The translations under genes and the position numbers were made by a program. Of a DNA stretch of 29,344 nt, positions 7,819 through 17,550 are shown piece after piece. How positions within the stretch are numbered: the first letter of the stretch is position 1; every line of letters starts with the position of its first letter. The stretch is from positions 1-29,344 of the forward strand of contig WJJR01000319.1 in the NCBI GenBank assembly GCA_014729565.1, written 5' to 3'. The stretch comes from Candidatus Zixiibacteriota bacterium. Lineage in GTDB: Bacteria > Zixibacteria > MSB-5A5 > WJJR01. The notes beneath the pieces were generated by a model. The model saw nothing but the letters and a program-made list of their open reading frames with translations, ran no database searches and had not been told where the DNA came from.

Positions 7819-9469
7819 TGGCCGCCACCTCCTCCTGAGATCCGCCTGCCGGAGACTCATCCGCATGCGTTTTGCCCGACAGGTCCTGGCCGCGAAGGTC
7901 AACGTCGCGTTCCTTTTCACCCTTCATGATCAGCGCGTTACCGACCATTTCGTGAATGCCGCCGACTTCCACTTCCGGCACCCAGTACTCCATCAACGGC
8001 GACAGGGTCGCCTTATCGATGGCGCAGATGCACAACAGCAGATTGACATCATGTTCGTCGTGCACAAACTGCACGGCATTCGCACGCGGCATACCACCGC
8101 GCATGCGCATCTCCATGTTCTCGTCGGTGCCTAACCCGGCCCCACTGCCGCAGCAGAAGGTCTGCTCCCGGATCGTGTTCTCCGGCATTTCAAAGAAGTT
8201 GTTGCAGACAGACTTTATAATGTAACGCGGCTCTTCGAGCAGGCCCATCGCCCGCGCCGGATTGCAGGAATCGTGGAACGTCGTCCGCCAGTGATCGTTG
8301 CGGCTCGGGTCCAGGTTCAATTTGTTGTTGCGGATCAAGTCCGCAGTGAACTCGGTGATGTGGACCATCTTCGTCGACGACGCATGGTCGAACGTGGTAC
8401 CGGTAATCGGCGACCGCGGTGTCTCGAGGAAGTCAGCGGGACCGTTCAACGTGTTCATGTACTGATGGATGACACGCCACATGTGACCGCATTCCCCGCC
8501 CAGAATCCACTTCACGCCGAGCCGCTTCGCTTCGGCATACATCTTGGCATTGAGCCGTTTGATCATCTCGGTCGAGTGGAAGAGGCCGAAGTTGCCACCC
8601 TCCGACGCGTATGAACTCCACGTGTAATCGAGCCCGATCTCGTGGAAGAGCGCCAGATATCCGAGCAACGTGAAGTAGTGCGGCGACGCGAAATAATCGG
8701 CCGATGGCGCAATAAACAGAATCTCCGCACCCTTCTTGTTGATCGGCGCGTCGACGCGAATCCCGGTGATCTCTTCCAGTTCATCGACGGCGAATTCGAT
8801 GCTGTCCTTGAATCCGTGCGGCTGGATCCCAAGATGGTTTCCGGTCCGGAAACAGTTCGACAGCGGTGTGCAAATCCACTCGATGCTGAGGCCGACGAGA
8901 TTCATCAACTCGCGCGCCATCATCGTGATTTCCGCCGTGTCGATCCCGTACGGACAGAAGACCGAACAACGACGGCATTCCGTGCACTGGTAGAAGTAGT
9001 AAAACCACTCCTTCAGCACACCGACCGTCAGCTTGCGGCCACCGGCGATGCTCCCCAGAATCTTGCCTGCCGTGGTGAAATCGTTGCGATACACCGACCG
9101 CAGCAGTTCGGCGCGCAGCACTGGCATATTCTTCGGGTCGCCGGAACCGATGAAGTAGTGGCACTTGTCGGCACAGGCGCCGCACCGGACACAACAGTCC
9201 ATGAACACCTGGAACGAACGGTATTTCTTGAGACGCTCACGCATGCCGGTGAGAATGATCTGTTCCCACCCATCCGGCAGTTGCCAGTCATCGTCGGTCG
9301 GCTGCCACTTGCGCGGGTAGGGCAAATCCAGATATTCCAGTGTCTCCGGGACCGCCGCGTAGTTCCACGTACCCTTACGGAACTCAACAGTGGGATCCAT
9401 CCAGCCCTGGGGTGCGGGTTTGAACTCTACCTGCGCGAGTTCTTGCGGTTTTTTCAGCTTCTCAGACAT
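7811..9469 (-). CDS. dsrK: DsrK, HdrD-like Fe-S subunit
   Basis: Motifs CVRCGACADKC, CTECRRCSVFC, GGECGHMWR and FHDSC...CCGSGAG...CAID (DsrK-type CCG domain). Confidence 0.95.
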   Translation of the reverse strand: MSEKLKKPQELAQVEFKPAPQGWMDPTVEFRKGTWNYAAVPETLEYLDLPYPRKWQPTDDDWQLPDGWEQIILTGMRERLKKYRSFQVFMDCCVRCGACADKCHYFIGSGDPKNMPVLRAELLRSVYRNDFTTAGKILGSIAGGRKLTVGVLKEWFYYFYQCTECRRCSVFCPYGIDTAEITMMARELMNLVGLSIEWICTPLSNCFRTGNHLGIQPHGFKDSIEFAVDELEEITGIRVDAPINKKGAEILFIAPSADYFASPHYFTLLGYLALFHEIGLDYTWSSYASEGGNFGLFHSTEMIKRLNAKMYAEAKRLGVKWILGGECGHMWRVIHQYMNTLNGPADFLETPRSPITGTTFDHASSTKMVHITEFTADLIRNNKLNLDPSRNDHWRTTFHDSCNPARAMGLLEEPRYIIKSVCNNFFEMPENTIREQTFCCGSGAGLGTDENMEMRMRGGMPRANAVQFVHDEHDVNLLLCICAIDKATLSPLMEYWVPEVEVGGIHEMVGNALIMKGEKERDVDLRGQDLSGKTHADESPAGGSQEEVAANA

Positions 9470-9472
9470 CCG

Positions 9473-10462
9473 CTAGTCCTTCTCTACCGGCAATTCCGCT
9501 GCTTTCATCACATCGCGGAATTCGTCTTCATATTCCTCGTAAGTGTGCACTGTGACCGGGTAGTCCCACGGATTCACATGCCGCTCCCACCGGTTGTTGT
9601 TCACCATGTTGCGCGTCGGCGACATGAACACACCCGCCATGTGGACCAGTTTGCTCAGCGGGATGTAGGCCAGCAGAATGCTCACCAAAAACAAATGAAC
9701 ACCGAATGTCGCACCCAATCCCTCCGGCACGACCGGCGCAAACGACAGCAATCCCGTACCAAGCTGCTTGGCCAACGTGATATCGGACTTGTCGAAATAC
9801 CGCAGATAGATGCCCGACCCGGTGATGCCCAACAGCAAAAACAACGCAAAGTAGTCGGCTGGCAGTGAGATGTAGCGCAGCTTGGCCTCCCAGAGACGCC
9901 GCAGCACGAGATAACTGAGCGCACCGACAACCACAATGTCGGTCAACAACAGCACCGGCAATCCGATCTGGAAGAATCCGTCGAGATTCTGCAAGCCGAT
10001 GATCCAGTTGGGCACCGGCTCAACGAAATACTTGAAGTGCCGAACCAGAATGATCAGCAACGACCAGTGAAACAACAGGCTGCTGGCCCAGAGCCACTTG
10101 TCGGGATTGTGCAACACCCGTGGTGGTCCCTGACGGATCTCCGTCGTCGTGTTCCGGAATAACGAACGGAAGAATAAAACCTCCAGAATCATCCGCCAGA
10201 TCACACCGAGCATGTTATGCGGATTCTCCTGGTTGTTCGACCGAATCCACGGCAGTGATTTCTGCTGGCCGCACGATGTCGGAATCCGGAAGGGCACCGG
10301 TGACCGTGCCCAGTGGATCACGCGGTAGACAATCCCCAGCACGAAAATGGCCAGTCCGGCATACGGCAGCACCACGAAGAAGAGATATCGCGCGCCACCG
10401 CCACCCACGGTTCCGATCGCGATCAGAACCACTACGGCAAGAAGCGGGATCAGGATTCGCAT
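9473..10462 (-). CDS. dsrM: DsrM, NarI-like diheme cytochrome b
   Basis: PFRIPTSCGQQKSLPW motif. All four NarI-type heme ligands are present (H132/H142 and H256/H274). Confidence 0.94.
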   Translation of the reverse strand: MRILIPLLAVVVLIAIGTVGGGGARYLFFVVLPYAGLAIFVLGIVYRVIHWARSPVPFRIPTSCGQQKSLPWIRSNNQENPHNMLGVIWRMILEVLFFRSLFRNTTTEIRQGPPRVLHNPDKWLWASSLLFHWSLLIILVRHFKYFVEPVPNWIIGLQNLDGFFQIGLPVLLLTDIVVVGALSYLVLRRLWEAKLRYISLPADYFALFLLLGITGSGIYLRYFDKSDITLAKQLGTGLLSFAPVVPEGLGATFGVHLFLVSILLAYIPLSKLVHMAGVFMSPTRNMVNNNRWERHVNPWDYPVTVHTYEEYEDEFRDVMKAAELPVEKD

Positions 10463-10956
10463 ATTGGGTCCCCAAGTCGTTCCAATAACTTGCCGACTCT
10501 GCGTCGCTCACACTGGACACGAATCTCCGCGAGCCGTTCACGGCAGGCGATGTACTCCTCGAAGGCCGCCAACGCCATCCGATCGATCCGCTGTTCGATC
10601 ACCACCGCCTCGTCCGCGTTTACACCGTAATTCAGTGAGTCGGAGAGCACCTCGCGAATGACGGTCTTCAGTGCAAACACGAAGCCGAGTGCATCCGACG
10701 GGCTCCACTCCTGGACGGCCAGAATTCGAATTAACCGCCCCATTGAGTCGTGAATGGACTCCACCGGCGTGTCGTCGGTGATGTGGGACAACAGAACGGG
10801 CAGTTCGGTCCGCAGCGCGTGACCGATCGGATTGCGGAAACGGTCGGTTTGTGCTTTGAGGAATTCGTGGCTTCCCTCAGGGAAGCTGTTGACAACGCGG
10901 TCGATCCATTGGGTTGCAATGGTCGCCTGCTGCTGTTGTAGCGCCTTGCGCAGCAT
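10450..10956 (-). CDS. dsrT: DsrT, RsbRD N-terminal-like protein
   Basis: Motifs QWIDRVVNSFP, DRFRNPIG, LIRILAVQEWSPSDALGFVFALK and IACRERLAEIRV. It overlaps the dsrM start. An alternative GTG start lies at 10980. Confidence 0.85.
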   Translation of the reverse strand: MLRKALQQQQATIATQWIDRVVNSFPEGSHEFLKAQTDRFRNPIGHALRTELPVLLSHITDDTPVESIHDSMGRLIRILAVQEWSPSDALGFVFALKTVIREVLSDSLNYGVNADEAVVIEQRIDRMALAAFEEYIACRERLAEIRVQCERRRVGKLLERLGDPICES

Positions 10957-11123
10957 GGGCCTGCCCCATTTCGCAGTCACTCGCCGGCAGACGCCCCCCT
11001 GCCACTGCCGGCAAGCGATGTTGATGCCACGCGCGCCGCGTCAACTCGTATCCGAGGTCTTGCGACCACCAGTCGATCCGTAGTCAACACGAGTTGACGC
11101 GCGCGCAAACCGCAAACCGGGAA

Positions 11124-11441
11124 TTACACGCAGCCGGTCGGCTTGGCCAGGCCCGCAACTTTACAGGCGCCCTTCGCCGGTCCCGACGGGAACAGCTCGT
11201 ACACCTTCTTCAGCGGGAAACCGGTCTCTTTGCAGAGCTTCCGAATCATCGGCGCAATGCCAAACTTCAGATAGTATTCTCTCAGGTAGTTGACCAGTTT
11301 CCAGTGCTCCTCGGTCAATTCCTGGACGCCTTCGGTCGTGGCCAGAGCCTTGGCGACCTCTTCGTTCCATTCCGAGGGTTCGTCCATGAAGCCGTCTTCG
11401 TCGACTTCGATCTTGATGGTGCCGTGTTCGAATGTTGGCAT
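11124..11441 (-). CDS. dsrC: DsrC sulfur carrier protein
   Basis: C-terminus LFPSGPAKGACKVAGLAKPTGCV has both conserved Cys (C-x10-C), i.e. a true DsrC rather than TusE/RpsA. Confidence 0.97.
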   Translation of the reverse strand: MPTFEHGTIKIEVDEDGFMDEPSEWNEEVAKALATTEGVQELTEEHWKLVNYLREYYLKFGIAPMIRKLCKETGFPLKKVYELFPSGPAKGACKVAGLAKPTGCV

Positions 11442-11489
11442 CGCAATTCCTCGCTTCCGTTACAACTTCAACACCTACCAACAGTGACT

Positions 11490-13169
11490 TTAGTGCATCT
11501 CGATATATCCACAGGGACAGTTCTCCGCACACTTCTTGCACCCGTTGCAGAACTCAAGCTTGAACTTGTACGTCCCGTACTTGGTCAACGGCTTCACCAC
11601 GGCGTTGTCCTGGCAATAACTCCAGCAACTGCCGCAGTCGAAACACATCCCGCAGCTCATGCAGCGTGCCGCCTCGGCGAGCATCTGCTCGTCCGACATC
11701 GTCTTCACGATCTCGGCGTTCATCTCACGCAGCCGCAGATCGACGGGGATCTCCTCCGGCTGATTGCGTTGCGCCTCGTCGTAGTGGCTCAACTTCATCT
11801 TGTCGGAAGTAACCACCGCGAGCATCGGCTTATCGGGCAGTTTCTCGCCGGTCATCATCTCGTGGACGGCAAAGGCGGCCAGACGGCCGTGTGCAATCGC
11901 ATCGACGACCAATCCGAGATTGGTATCGTCGCCGCCCGAGAAGATGTCGTGTTCCTGCGTGTGTCCGCTTTCGTCGATCTTGATCCAGTCTTTGCCTTCG
12001 CGCAGGTTTTCGAATCCGTCGAAATCCGGCGCCTGGCTGATCGCGGCGATGAGCGTCGTGAGTTCAACGTCAAAGGTATCGCCTTCGATCGGTACCGGAC
12101 GGCGGCGTCCGGAGTCATCCGGTTCGCCGAGTTCCATCCGCTGGCACGTCATACCGGTGGCTTTGCCGTTGTCGCAATGGAGTGACAACGGAGCGGCCAA
12201 CAGCTCGATTGTGACGCCCTCTTCCTCGGCGCCCTCCACTTCTTCATCGATCGCCGGCATCTCGGTGCGCGTGCGACGATACAGAATCGTCACATCGGCG
12301 CCCAGTCGACGCGCGACACGCGCCGCATCGATCGCGGTATCACCGCCACCGACCACAACGACCTTGTCGCCGACGTCGATCATCTCGCCGCCATTGATCT
12401 TGTGGAGGAAATCGGTCCCCGCCCACACATTCTCGGCGTCTTCACCATCAAGCCGCAACTTCAGTCCCTGATGCGCCCCGATACCGACAAACGTGGCACG
12501 ATACTCCTTCCGGAGATCGTCCATGGAAATGTCTTTGCCGATCTTGGTGTCGAGCTTCAGCTCCACACCCATGTCGAGAATGCGATCGATTTCGCCGTCC
12601 AGCACGTCGGCCGGCAAACGGTAGTCGGGAATACCGTATCGCAGCATACCGCCGGCCTTGGGGAACGCCTCAAAGACCGTGACCGGATACCCGCGCCGCG
12701 CCAGATGGTACGCACACGACAGACCCGCCGGCCCCGAACCGACAACCGCAACCTTCTCGGTGCGCGTCTCCTCGGCAACTTTCTTCGCCGGCAGCCCGTG
12801 CTGCAAGCCGTAGTCGCCGATGTAACGCTCAACCTTATTGATGTTGACCGATCCGTCTTTGTCCTTGCGGTTGCAGTCGTCCTCGCACGGATGCGGGCAG
12901 ACTCGTCCGCACACCGCCGGGAACGGTGTCGTCTCCAACGCAATGTAGAACGCTTCTTCGAGCGCCTGCTCGTGGGTCTTCCCTTTGCCTTCGGCCTGAG
13001 AGATGGTGGTCAGCCAGTCCCGAATCAGATTATGATTGGGACACCTGTTGATGCATGGCGGCGTCTTTTCAATGAGCTGGGGTCGTAATGGCGAGGTCTC
13101 GACACTCGACCCGCCGCTGGAGCGAAGGCTCTTGAGACCCTTTTTCTTCTTCTTAATGATCTTGGCCAT
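11490..13169 (-). CDS. dsrL: DsrL iron-sulfur flavoprotein NAD(P)H:acceptor oxidoreductase, DsrL-2 type
   Basis: N-terminal Fe-S domain (CGRVCPHPCEDDC), FAD site GSGPAG, and nucleotide site GGGDTA followed by YRR. C-terminal ferredoxin CMSCGMCFDCGSC...CNGCKKCAENCPCG. It lies between dsrN and dsrC. Confidence 0.9.
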   Translation of the reverse strand: MAKIIKKKKKGLKSLRSSGGSSVETSPLRPQLIEKTPPCINRCPNHNLIRDWLTTISQAEGKGKTHEQALEEAFYIALETTPFPAVCGRVCPHPCEDDCNRKDKDGSVNINKVERYIGDYGLQHGLPAKKVAEETRTEKVAVVGSGPAGLSCAYHLARRGYPVTVFEAFPKAGGMLRYGIPDYRLPADVLDGEIDRILDMGVELKLDTKIGKDISMDDLRKEYRATFVGIGAHQGLKLRLDGEDAENVWAGTDFLHKINGGEMIDVGDKVVVVGGGDTAIDAARVARRLGADVTILYRRTRTEMPAIDEEVEGAEEEGVTIELLAAPLSLHCDNGKATGMTCQRMELGEPDDSGRRRPVPIEGDTFDVELTTLIAAISQAPDFDGFENLREGKDWIKIDESGHTQEHDIFSGGDDTNLGLVVDAIAHGRLAAFAVHEMMTGEKLPDKPMLAVVTSDKMKLSHYDEAQRNQPEEIPVDLRLREMNAEIVKTMSDEQMLAEAARCMSCGMCFDCGSCWSYCQDNAVVKPLTKYGTYKFKLEFCNGCKKCAENCPCGYIEMH

Positions 13170-13282
13170 AATGCATCATCCCAATTAGAGTGGCACGTTA
13201 TCGTGTTATTTGCTCCGATTCGGGATTACCGTTGGTCGTTCAGCAATCACCAACGATACCCATCCACCTCCCCAGCACGTCA

Positions 13283-14725
13283 TCATTCCCGCACGGCCAT
13301 CAACTCCGGACGAGCGGATGTCGCCTTCGAGCTGCGTCCTCCTGAATCTGGTCGATCGCGGTACCGCTGCGCCGCCTGAACCACCGACGGCGCCCAGGCG
13401 GGCGTCCCCAACGCATGCAGGTGCGAGTAGCACGCCAGCACGTTGTTGCGCACGAATCCGTCACGGCGCTTCCCCAATCCCACGCCGCGCGACACCGACA
13501 GGCACGTGTCGGCATCACCGAAATCACAATCCGGACTGGAATAGTGGAATTCGTGACCGCGAACCATCGTCCCGATCGCGAAGAACGGATTCTCACGATC
13601 AATCGACATCTGCGAATACCCATGCCCCGCCGGTTTGCGCGACATGGTCAGATCGATGTCGAACACACCCGACATCAAATACCGCCGGTTGTCATAGGTG
13701 ATCGACGCCGCCAGGTAAATCAGTCCGCCGCATTCCGCGTAGATCGGCATGCCGCCCTCCGCGGCGCCCCGAACCTCGTCCATCAGGGCCCGATTCCGGC
13801 GCAGACGGTCGGCATGCACTTCCGGAAAGCCGCCGCCGATGTAGAGAGCGTCGATCGGCGGCAGGCTCGTGTCGTGCAAAGCGTCAATACACACCAATTC
13901 GGCCCCGGCCAATTCCAGGGCTTCGAGGTTCTCCGGATAGTAAAACGTAAACACCGTGTCGTGAAAGTACCCGACCCGCACCGACGGCTGCGTTGCCACA
14001 GACAAGTGCGGCACACGCACGTCGAGCGCATTGGCATTCCGTGCCACGGATTGAAGCGCGGTGATGTCGAGACACGATGATCCCAACTCGGCCAATCGGT
14101 TGTCCATTCCCGACGCAGTTGTCTGTTCGGCAACCGGCACCAGTCCGAGATGCCGGCTGGGCAGCAAATCGTCGCCCGCGGCTTGCTTCGGCACCGTGCC
14201 AAGAACCGGCAGTCCGCAATACGACTCGATTGCCTCGCGAAGGACCCGCTCGTGCCGCCCACCGGCGACGCGGTTCAGGATCACCCCCGCAACGTCGAGC
14301 TTGGAATCAAACGACTGGACACCATTGATCAGCGCCGCCACCGTTCGCGTCACCTTCGTCGCATTGACAACCAACACAACCGGGGCTTGCAGAAGCGTTG
14401 CGAGTTCGGCGGTACTATGCGTACCCGCTGCATCCATACCGTCAAAGATTCCCCGGTTTCCCTCAATAACGGCGATGTCCGATTCGGAGGAGGCGCGCAC
14501 GAAGTTCACACGCACATCATCCGCCGCGGCGAGATAGGTGTCCAGGTTGCGGCACGGCCGGTCCGCCGCCCACGACAGCCACGCGGCATCGATATAGTCC
14601 GGCCCCTTCTTGAAAGCAGACACCGCTACATCTCGCTCTCTCAGTGCTCTAATGAGACTGAGACTAATGAGCGTTTTGCCGCTGTCGCCGGACAGGCCGG
14701 CGATGACCAACCGTGGTACGTTCAT
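13283..14725 (-). CDS. dsrN: DsrN, cobyrinate a,c-diamide synthase-like siroheme amidase
   Basis: Motifs AGLSGDSGKT, FKKGPDYID, IEGNRGIFDG, LYIGGGFPE, YAECGGLIYL and GHEFHYS. It follows dsrD. Confidence 0.9.
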   Translation of the reverse strand: MNVPRLVIAGLSGDSGKTLISLSLIRALRERDVAVSAFKKGPDYIDAAWLSWAADRPCRNLDTYLAAADDVRVNFVRASSESDIAVIEGNRGIFDGMDAAGTHSTAELATLLQAPVVLVVNATKVTRTVAALINGVQSFDSKLDVAGVILNRVAGGRHERVLREAIESYCGLPVLGTVPKQAAGDDLLPSRHLGLVPVAEQTTASGMDNRLAELGSSCLDITALQSVARNANALDVRVPHLSVATQPSVRVGYFHDTVFTFYYPENLEALELAGAELVCIDALHDTSLPPIDALYIGGGFPEVHADRLRRNRALMDEVRGAAEGGMPIYAECGGLIYLAASITYDNRRYLMSGVFDIDLTMSRKPAGHGYSQMSIDRENPFFAIGTMVRGHEFHYSSPDCDFGDADTCLSVSRGVGLGKRRDGFVRNNVLACYSHLHALGTPAWAPSVVQAAQRYRDRPDSGGRSSKATSARPELMAVRE

Positions 14726-14758
14726 AGTTCTCGACCGCGCCTTCAGTGTGACGGCCAA

Positions 14759-15004
14759 TTAATCGTTGGCCGCGCCTTCGCGATGCGGGAGTTCGAGGAA
14801 GCTGCCACCGAAATAGGTGTACACACACCGTCCGGAGTTGACCAACTGCTTGATCGCTTCCTTGCACAGCTTTTTGTCCACTTCATCGCCGTACATCTCG
14901 ATCATGGCCTTGGTCAGGTCCATCGGTTTGAGCTTCTTCATTCCTTGTGCGTCTTTCACCATGGTGTACATGGCGTCCGCCACTTCGTCTACTGTCTTTG
15001 CCAC
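14759..15004 (-). CDS. dsrD: DsrD, allosteric activator of DsrAB
   Basis: 81 aa directly after dsrB with GTG start and GAGGAGGT RBS. Motifs KKLKPMDL and LVNSGRCVYTYFGGSFLEL. Confidence 0.88.
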   Translation of the reverse strand: MAKTVDEVADAMYTMVKDAQGMKKLKPMDLTKAMIEMYGDEVDKKLCKEAIKQLVNSGRCVYTYFGGSFLELPHREGAAND

Positions 15005-15014
15005 ATTAACCTCC

Positions 15015-16100
15015 TCAGAAGGTTAAATGGGTCGAGCGTTTGAATGTCAGTCCGGCATGCTTGAAGTCGTCGATGTGCTCTTTCTGGAACTCGATATTGG
15101 CCATCTTGAAGAACCGCGGCCAGCCGATCCGTTCGATCCATTCACCCATGCGCTCGTACTTCTTCGCATTGGCGGCCCACAACTCGACCAAATTACGCAC
15201 GGCGCTCGTCACTTCCGGCCAGCGCGGCGGATTGTTCGGCAAAAACGGAATCGCCAGTTTCGAAAACATCGGTTCGTGACGCGCGTTCGACACCTTGCCG
15301 CCGACCCAGATCGACACACCGTCGTTGAGCGGGTTGTTGAGCGGCATCGCCGGACACACGGTGTAGCAGTTCGCGCAGAACATGCAGCGGTCTTCATCGA
15401 CCTCGACGGTCTCCAGACCCTCGACCATGGTCGGCTTAATCGCCGCGGTCGGACACGATGCGACGACATTCGGAATCTCGCATACCTTTTTCAATTTGGT
15501 GTGGTCGACTTTCGGCGGACGGCGGTGGACACCCAAAATCGCAATGTCGGAGCAATGCACCGCGCCGCACATATTCAGACAGCACGCCAGCGCAATGCGC
15601 AGCTTGCCCGGCAACTTCTTCTCTTCGAAATACTCCATCAAATCGTCCATGACGCATTTCACGATGCCGGAGGCATCGGTCGCCGCCGAGTGACAGTGCA
15701 CCCAACCCTGCGTGTGGACGATCGAAGAGATCGCATTGTCAATACCGCCGACCGGATGGCCCATCTCACGCAGATCGCTGATCAACGGATCGATGTTCTC
15801 GGACTTGGTCAGCAGGAACTCGACATTGTGACGGCTGGTGAAGCGCAGATACCCGTCACAGTACTTGTCCGCCAGATCGCAATACATGCGGATCTTGTCG
15901 ACGCTGAGCAGACGTCCGGAGGACGCGCGCACCGTAAACAACTTGGCGTCCGATTCGGACACGTGGACCATGACGCCCGGCTTCAACGTCTCGTGGTACT
16001 TCCACTTGCCGTAATTCTCTTTGATGATGGGCGGCAAAAACCGCTCATGATGTGGTGGACCGTAGTCTGTCCGCCGCTCTTGTGTTGCCACTTCAGCCAT
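15015..16100 (-). CDS. dsrB: Dissimilatory sulfite reductase beta subunit
   Basis: Motifs [44 protein letters not shown] and [13 protein letters not shown]. Confidence 0.97.
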   Translation of the reverse strand: MAEVATQERRTDYGPPHHERFLPPIIKENYGKWKYHETLKPGVMVHVSESDAKLFTVRASSGRLLSVDKIRMYCDLADKYCDGYLRFTSRHNVEFLLTKSENIDPLISDLREMGHPVGGIDNAISSIVHTQGWVHCHSAATDASGIVKCVMDDLMEYFEEKKLPGKLRIALACCLNMCGAVHCSDIAILGVHRRPPKVDHTKLKKVCEIPNVVASCPTAAIKPTMVEGLETVEVDEDRCMFCANCYTVCPAMPLNNPLNDGVSIWVGGKVSNARHEPMFSKLAIPFLPNNPPRWPEVTSAVRNLVELWAANAKKYERMGEWIERIGWPRFFKMANIEFQKEHIDDFKHAGLTFKRSTHLTF

Positions 16101-16139
16101 GATATATCCCTCGAATCGTAAGTGGTCTCCGGTTAACGA

Positions 16140-17351
16140 TTAGCTTTCGTCGTCTTCCTCCTCATCGTCTTCTTCGTAATACTCTTCGTAGAAGACATAA
16201 GGATTCTCACGCGGATGTGCGACCATCTCGGGAATCGGTTCGACCTCGATCGCTTCGAGGAAGTTGCCGAGACCGACGCGTTGGATGAACTCTCCAATTC
16301 GCTCACGATTCTTGCCTTCCTCACACCAGACATCCCAGATGCGTTCGACCACATCTTTGATCTCCTGGTAGGGAGGCTCCATCTTGATGAACGGGATCAG
16401 CACCGAGGACAGCATGGCGCCCTCGACGATTGGCGCTTTCGATCCAATCAGAATCGTCGCACCGCGATCCTTACCCGGCCGCAGGGCCTTCGGCATCACG
16501 TTGATGCAGTGCATGCAGCGGCGGCAGTAGCTGTTGTCAATCTCCAGCTTGGTGCCGTCCCAGGCCATGCACTTGGCCGGGCAGTTGTCCACCACGTCTT
16601 TCTGAATGTCCATGCCGTTGTCGGCATATTCCTTCACGGCTGCCTCGTCCATCTGGATATCGTCGCGCCAGGTTCCGATGATCGACAGGTCGGAACGCGC
16701 GATGGAGGCCACGCAATCATTCGGACATCCACTGAATTTGAATTTGAACTTGTACGGGAACGCCGGACGGTGCAGCTCGTCCTGGTACGCCATGGTAAAG
16801 TCATAGCATGCGCCCATCGTATCGTAGCAGGCCCACTCGCAGCGCGCCTGGCCGCAGCAGCAGCTCGGCGTGCGCACGTCGGATCCCGACCCACCGATGT
16901 CGAAGTCGATTTTCTGCAATTCGTCGAACACCGGCTCCAAATGGTCGGTCGATGTCCCCAGCAGAATGATGTCACCGGTGGAACCGTGCATGTTCGTCAG
17001 ACCGGAGCCGTGCTTCTCCCAAATATCGCAGATGCTGCGCAGGGCATCGGTCGTGTAAAACCAGCCGGCCGGCTGGTTGATGCGCATCGTGTGGAAGTGG
17101 GACACATTCGGGAACTCCTCCGAGAGGTCGGAGTAGCGGCCGATCACACCGCCGCCGTATCCCATCACACCCACGATACCGCCGTGTTTCCAATAACCGA
17201 TCTTCTCGCGATACGATTTTTCAAGCTGGCCGAGCAGATCCACCGCCATCGGATTTCGCTTGGCGGCCATCTTGATTTCCTTGACGAAACTCGGCCAGGG
17301 CCCCTTTTCCAGTTCGTCTAACAGTGGGGTTTCTTGGACATTGTCTGCCAT
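16140..17351 (-). CDS. dsrA: Dissimilatory sulfite reductase alpha subunit
   Basis: Motifs [22 protein letters not shown]-like [20 protein letters not shown], siroheme site CCGQARC...KFSGCPNDC, and RERIGE. GGAGG RBS. Confidence 0.97.
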   Translation of the reverse strand: MADNVQETPLLDELEKGPWPSFVKEIKMAAKRNPMAVDLLGQLEKSYREKIGYWKHGGIVGVMGYGGGVIGRYSDLSEEFPNVSHFHTMRINQPAGWFYTTDALRSICDIWEKHGSGLTNMHGSTGDIILLGTSTDHLEPVFDELQKIDFDIGGSGSDVRTPSCCCGQARCEWACYDTMGACYDFTMAYQDELHRPAFPYKFKFKFSGCPNDCVASIARSDLSIIGTWRDDIQMDEAAVKEYADNGMDIQKDVVDNCPAKCMAWDGTKLEIDNSYCRRCMHCINVMPKALRPGKDRGATILIGSKAPIVEGAMLSSVLIPFIKMEPPYQEIKDVVERIWDVWCEEGKNRERIGEFIQRVGLGNFLEAIEVEPIPEMVAHPRENPYVFYEEYYEEDDEEEDDES

Positions 17352-17550
17352 GTTGCCTCCTTCCGGATTGCCTATGGAAGCCGGCGAGTATGAAACCCGA
17401 TTGCCGTGACGATGGTCTGCCTGTCAGGTCGCGTCAGTGTCGCGGGTCGTACAAGCATCGCAGGGCTCCTCATGCGCTCGGGTTCAATCCTCCGTTTCGT
17501 TGGGCCCTGGCCCATGCATGAGCACGGGCCAGGACTCATCACCATTGTTG

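Noticed and set aside
6620-7920. Long N-terminal extensions given by the ORF track for dsrP (6694), dsrO (7568) and dsrJ (7920)
   Set aside because: They overlap upstream genes. Internal starts at 6619, 7436 and 7818 have SD sequences and match expected protein N-termini.
8642-9868. 408-aa plus-strand ORF antisense to dsrK/dsrM
   Set aside because: Shadow ORF with no motif or RBS support.
11094-13088. 363-aa, 223-aa and 228-aa plus-strand ORFs antisense to dsrC/dsrL
   Set aside because: They overlap confident minus-strand genes and have no domain features.
11490-13169. Alternative call as glutamate synthase small subunit (GltD) or SudA
   Set aside because: The extra C-terminal ferredoxin domain and the position between dsrN and dsrC fit DsrL; there is no gltB.
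13283-14725. Alternative call as cobalamin CbiA/CobB
   Set aside because: It directly follows dsrABD and no cobalamin operon is in the window, which fits DsrN.
15027-17321. 364-aa and 368-aa plus-strand ORFs antisense to dsrB and dsrA
   Set aside because: Shadow ORFs mirroring the codon structure of highly biased genes.
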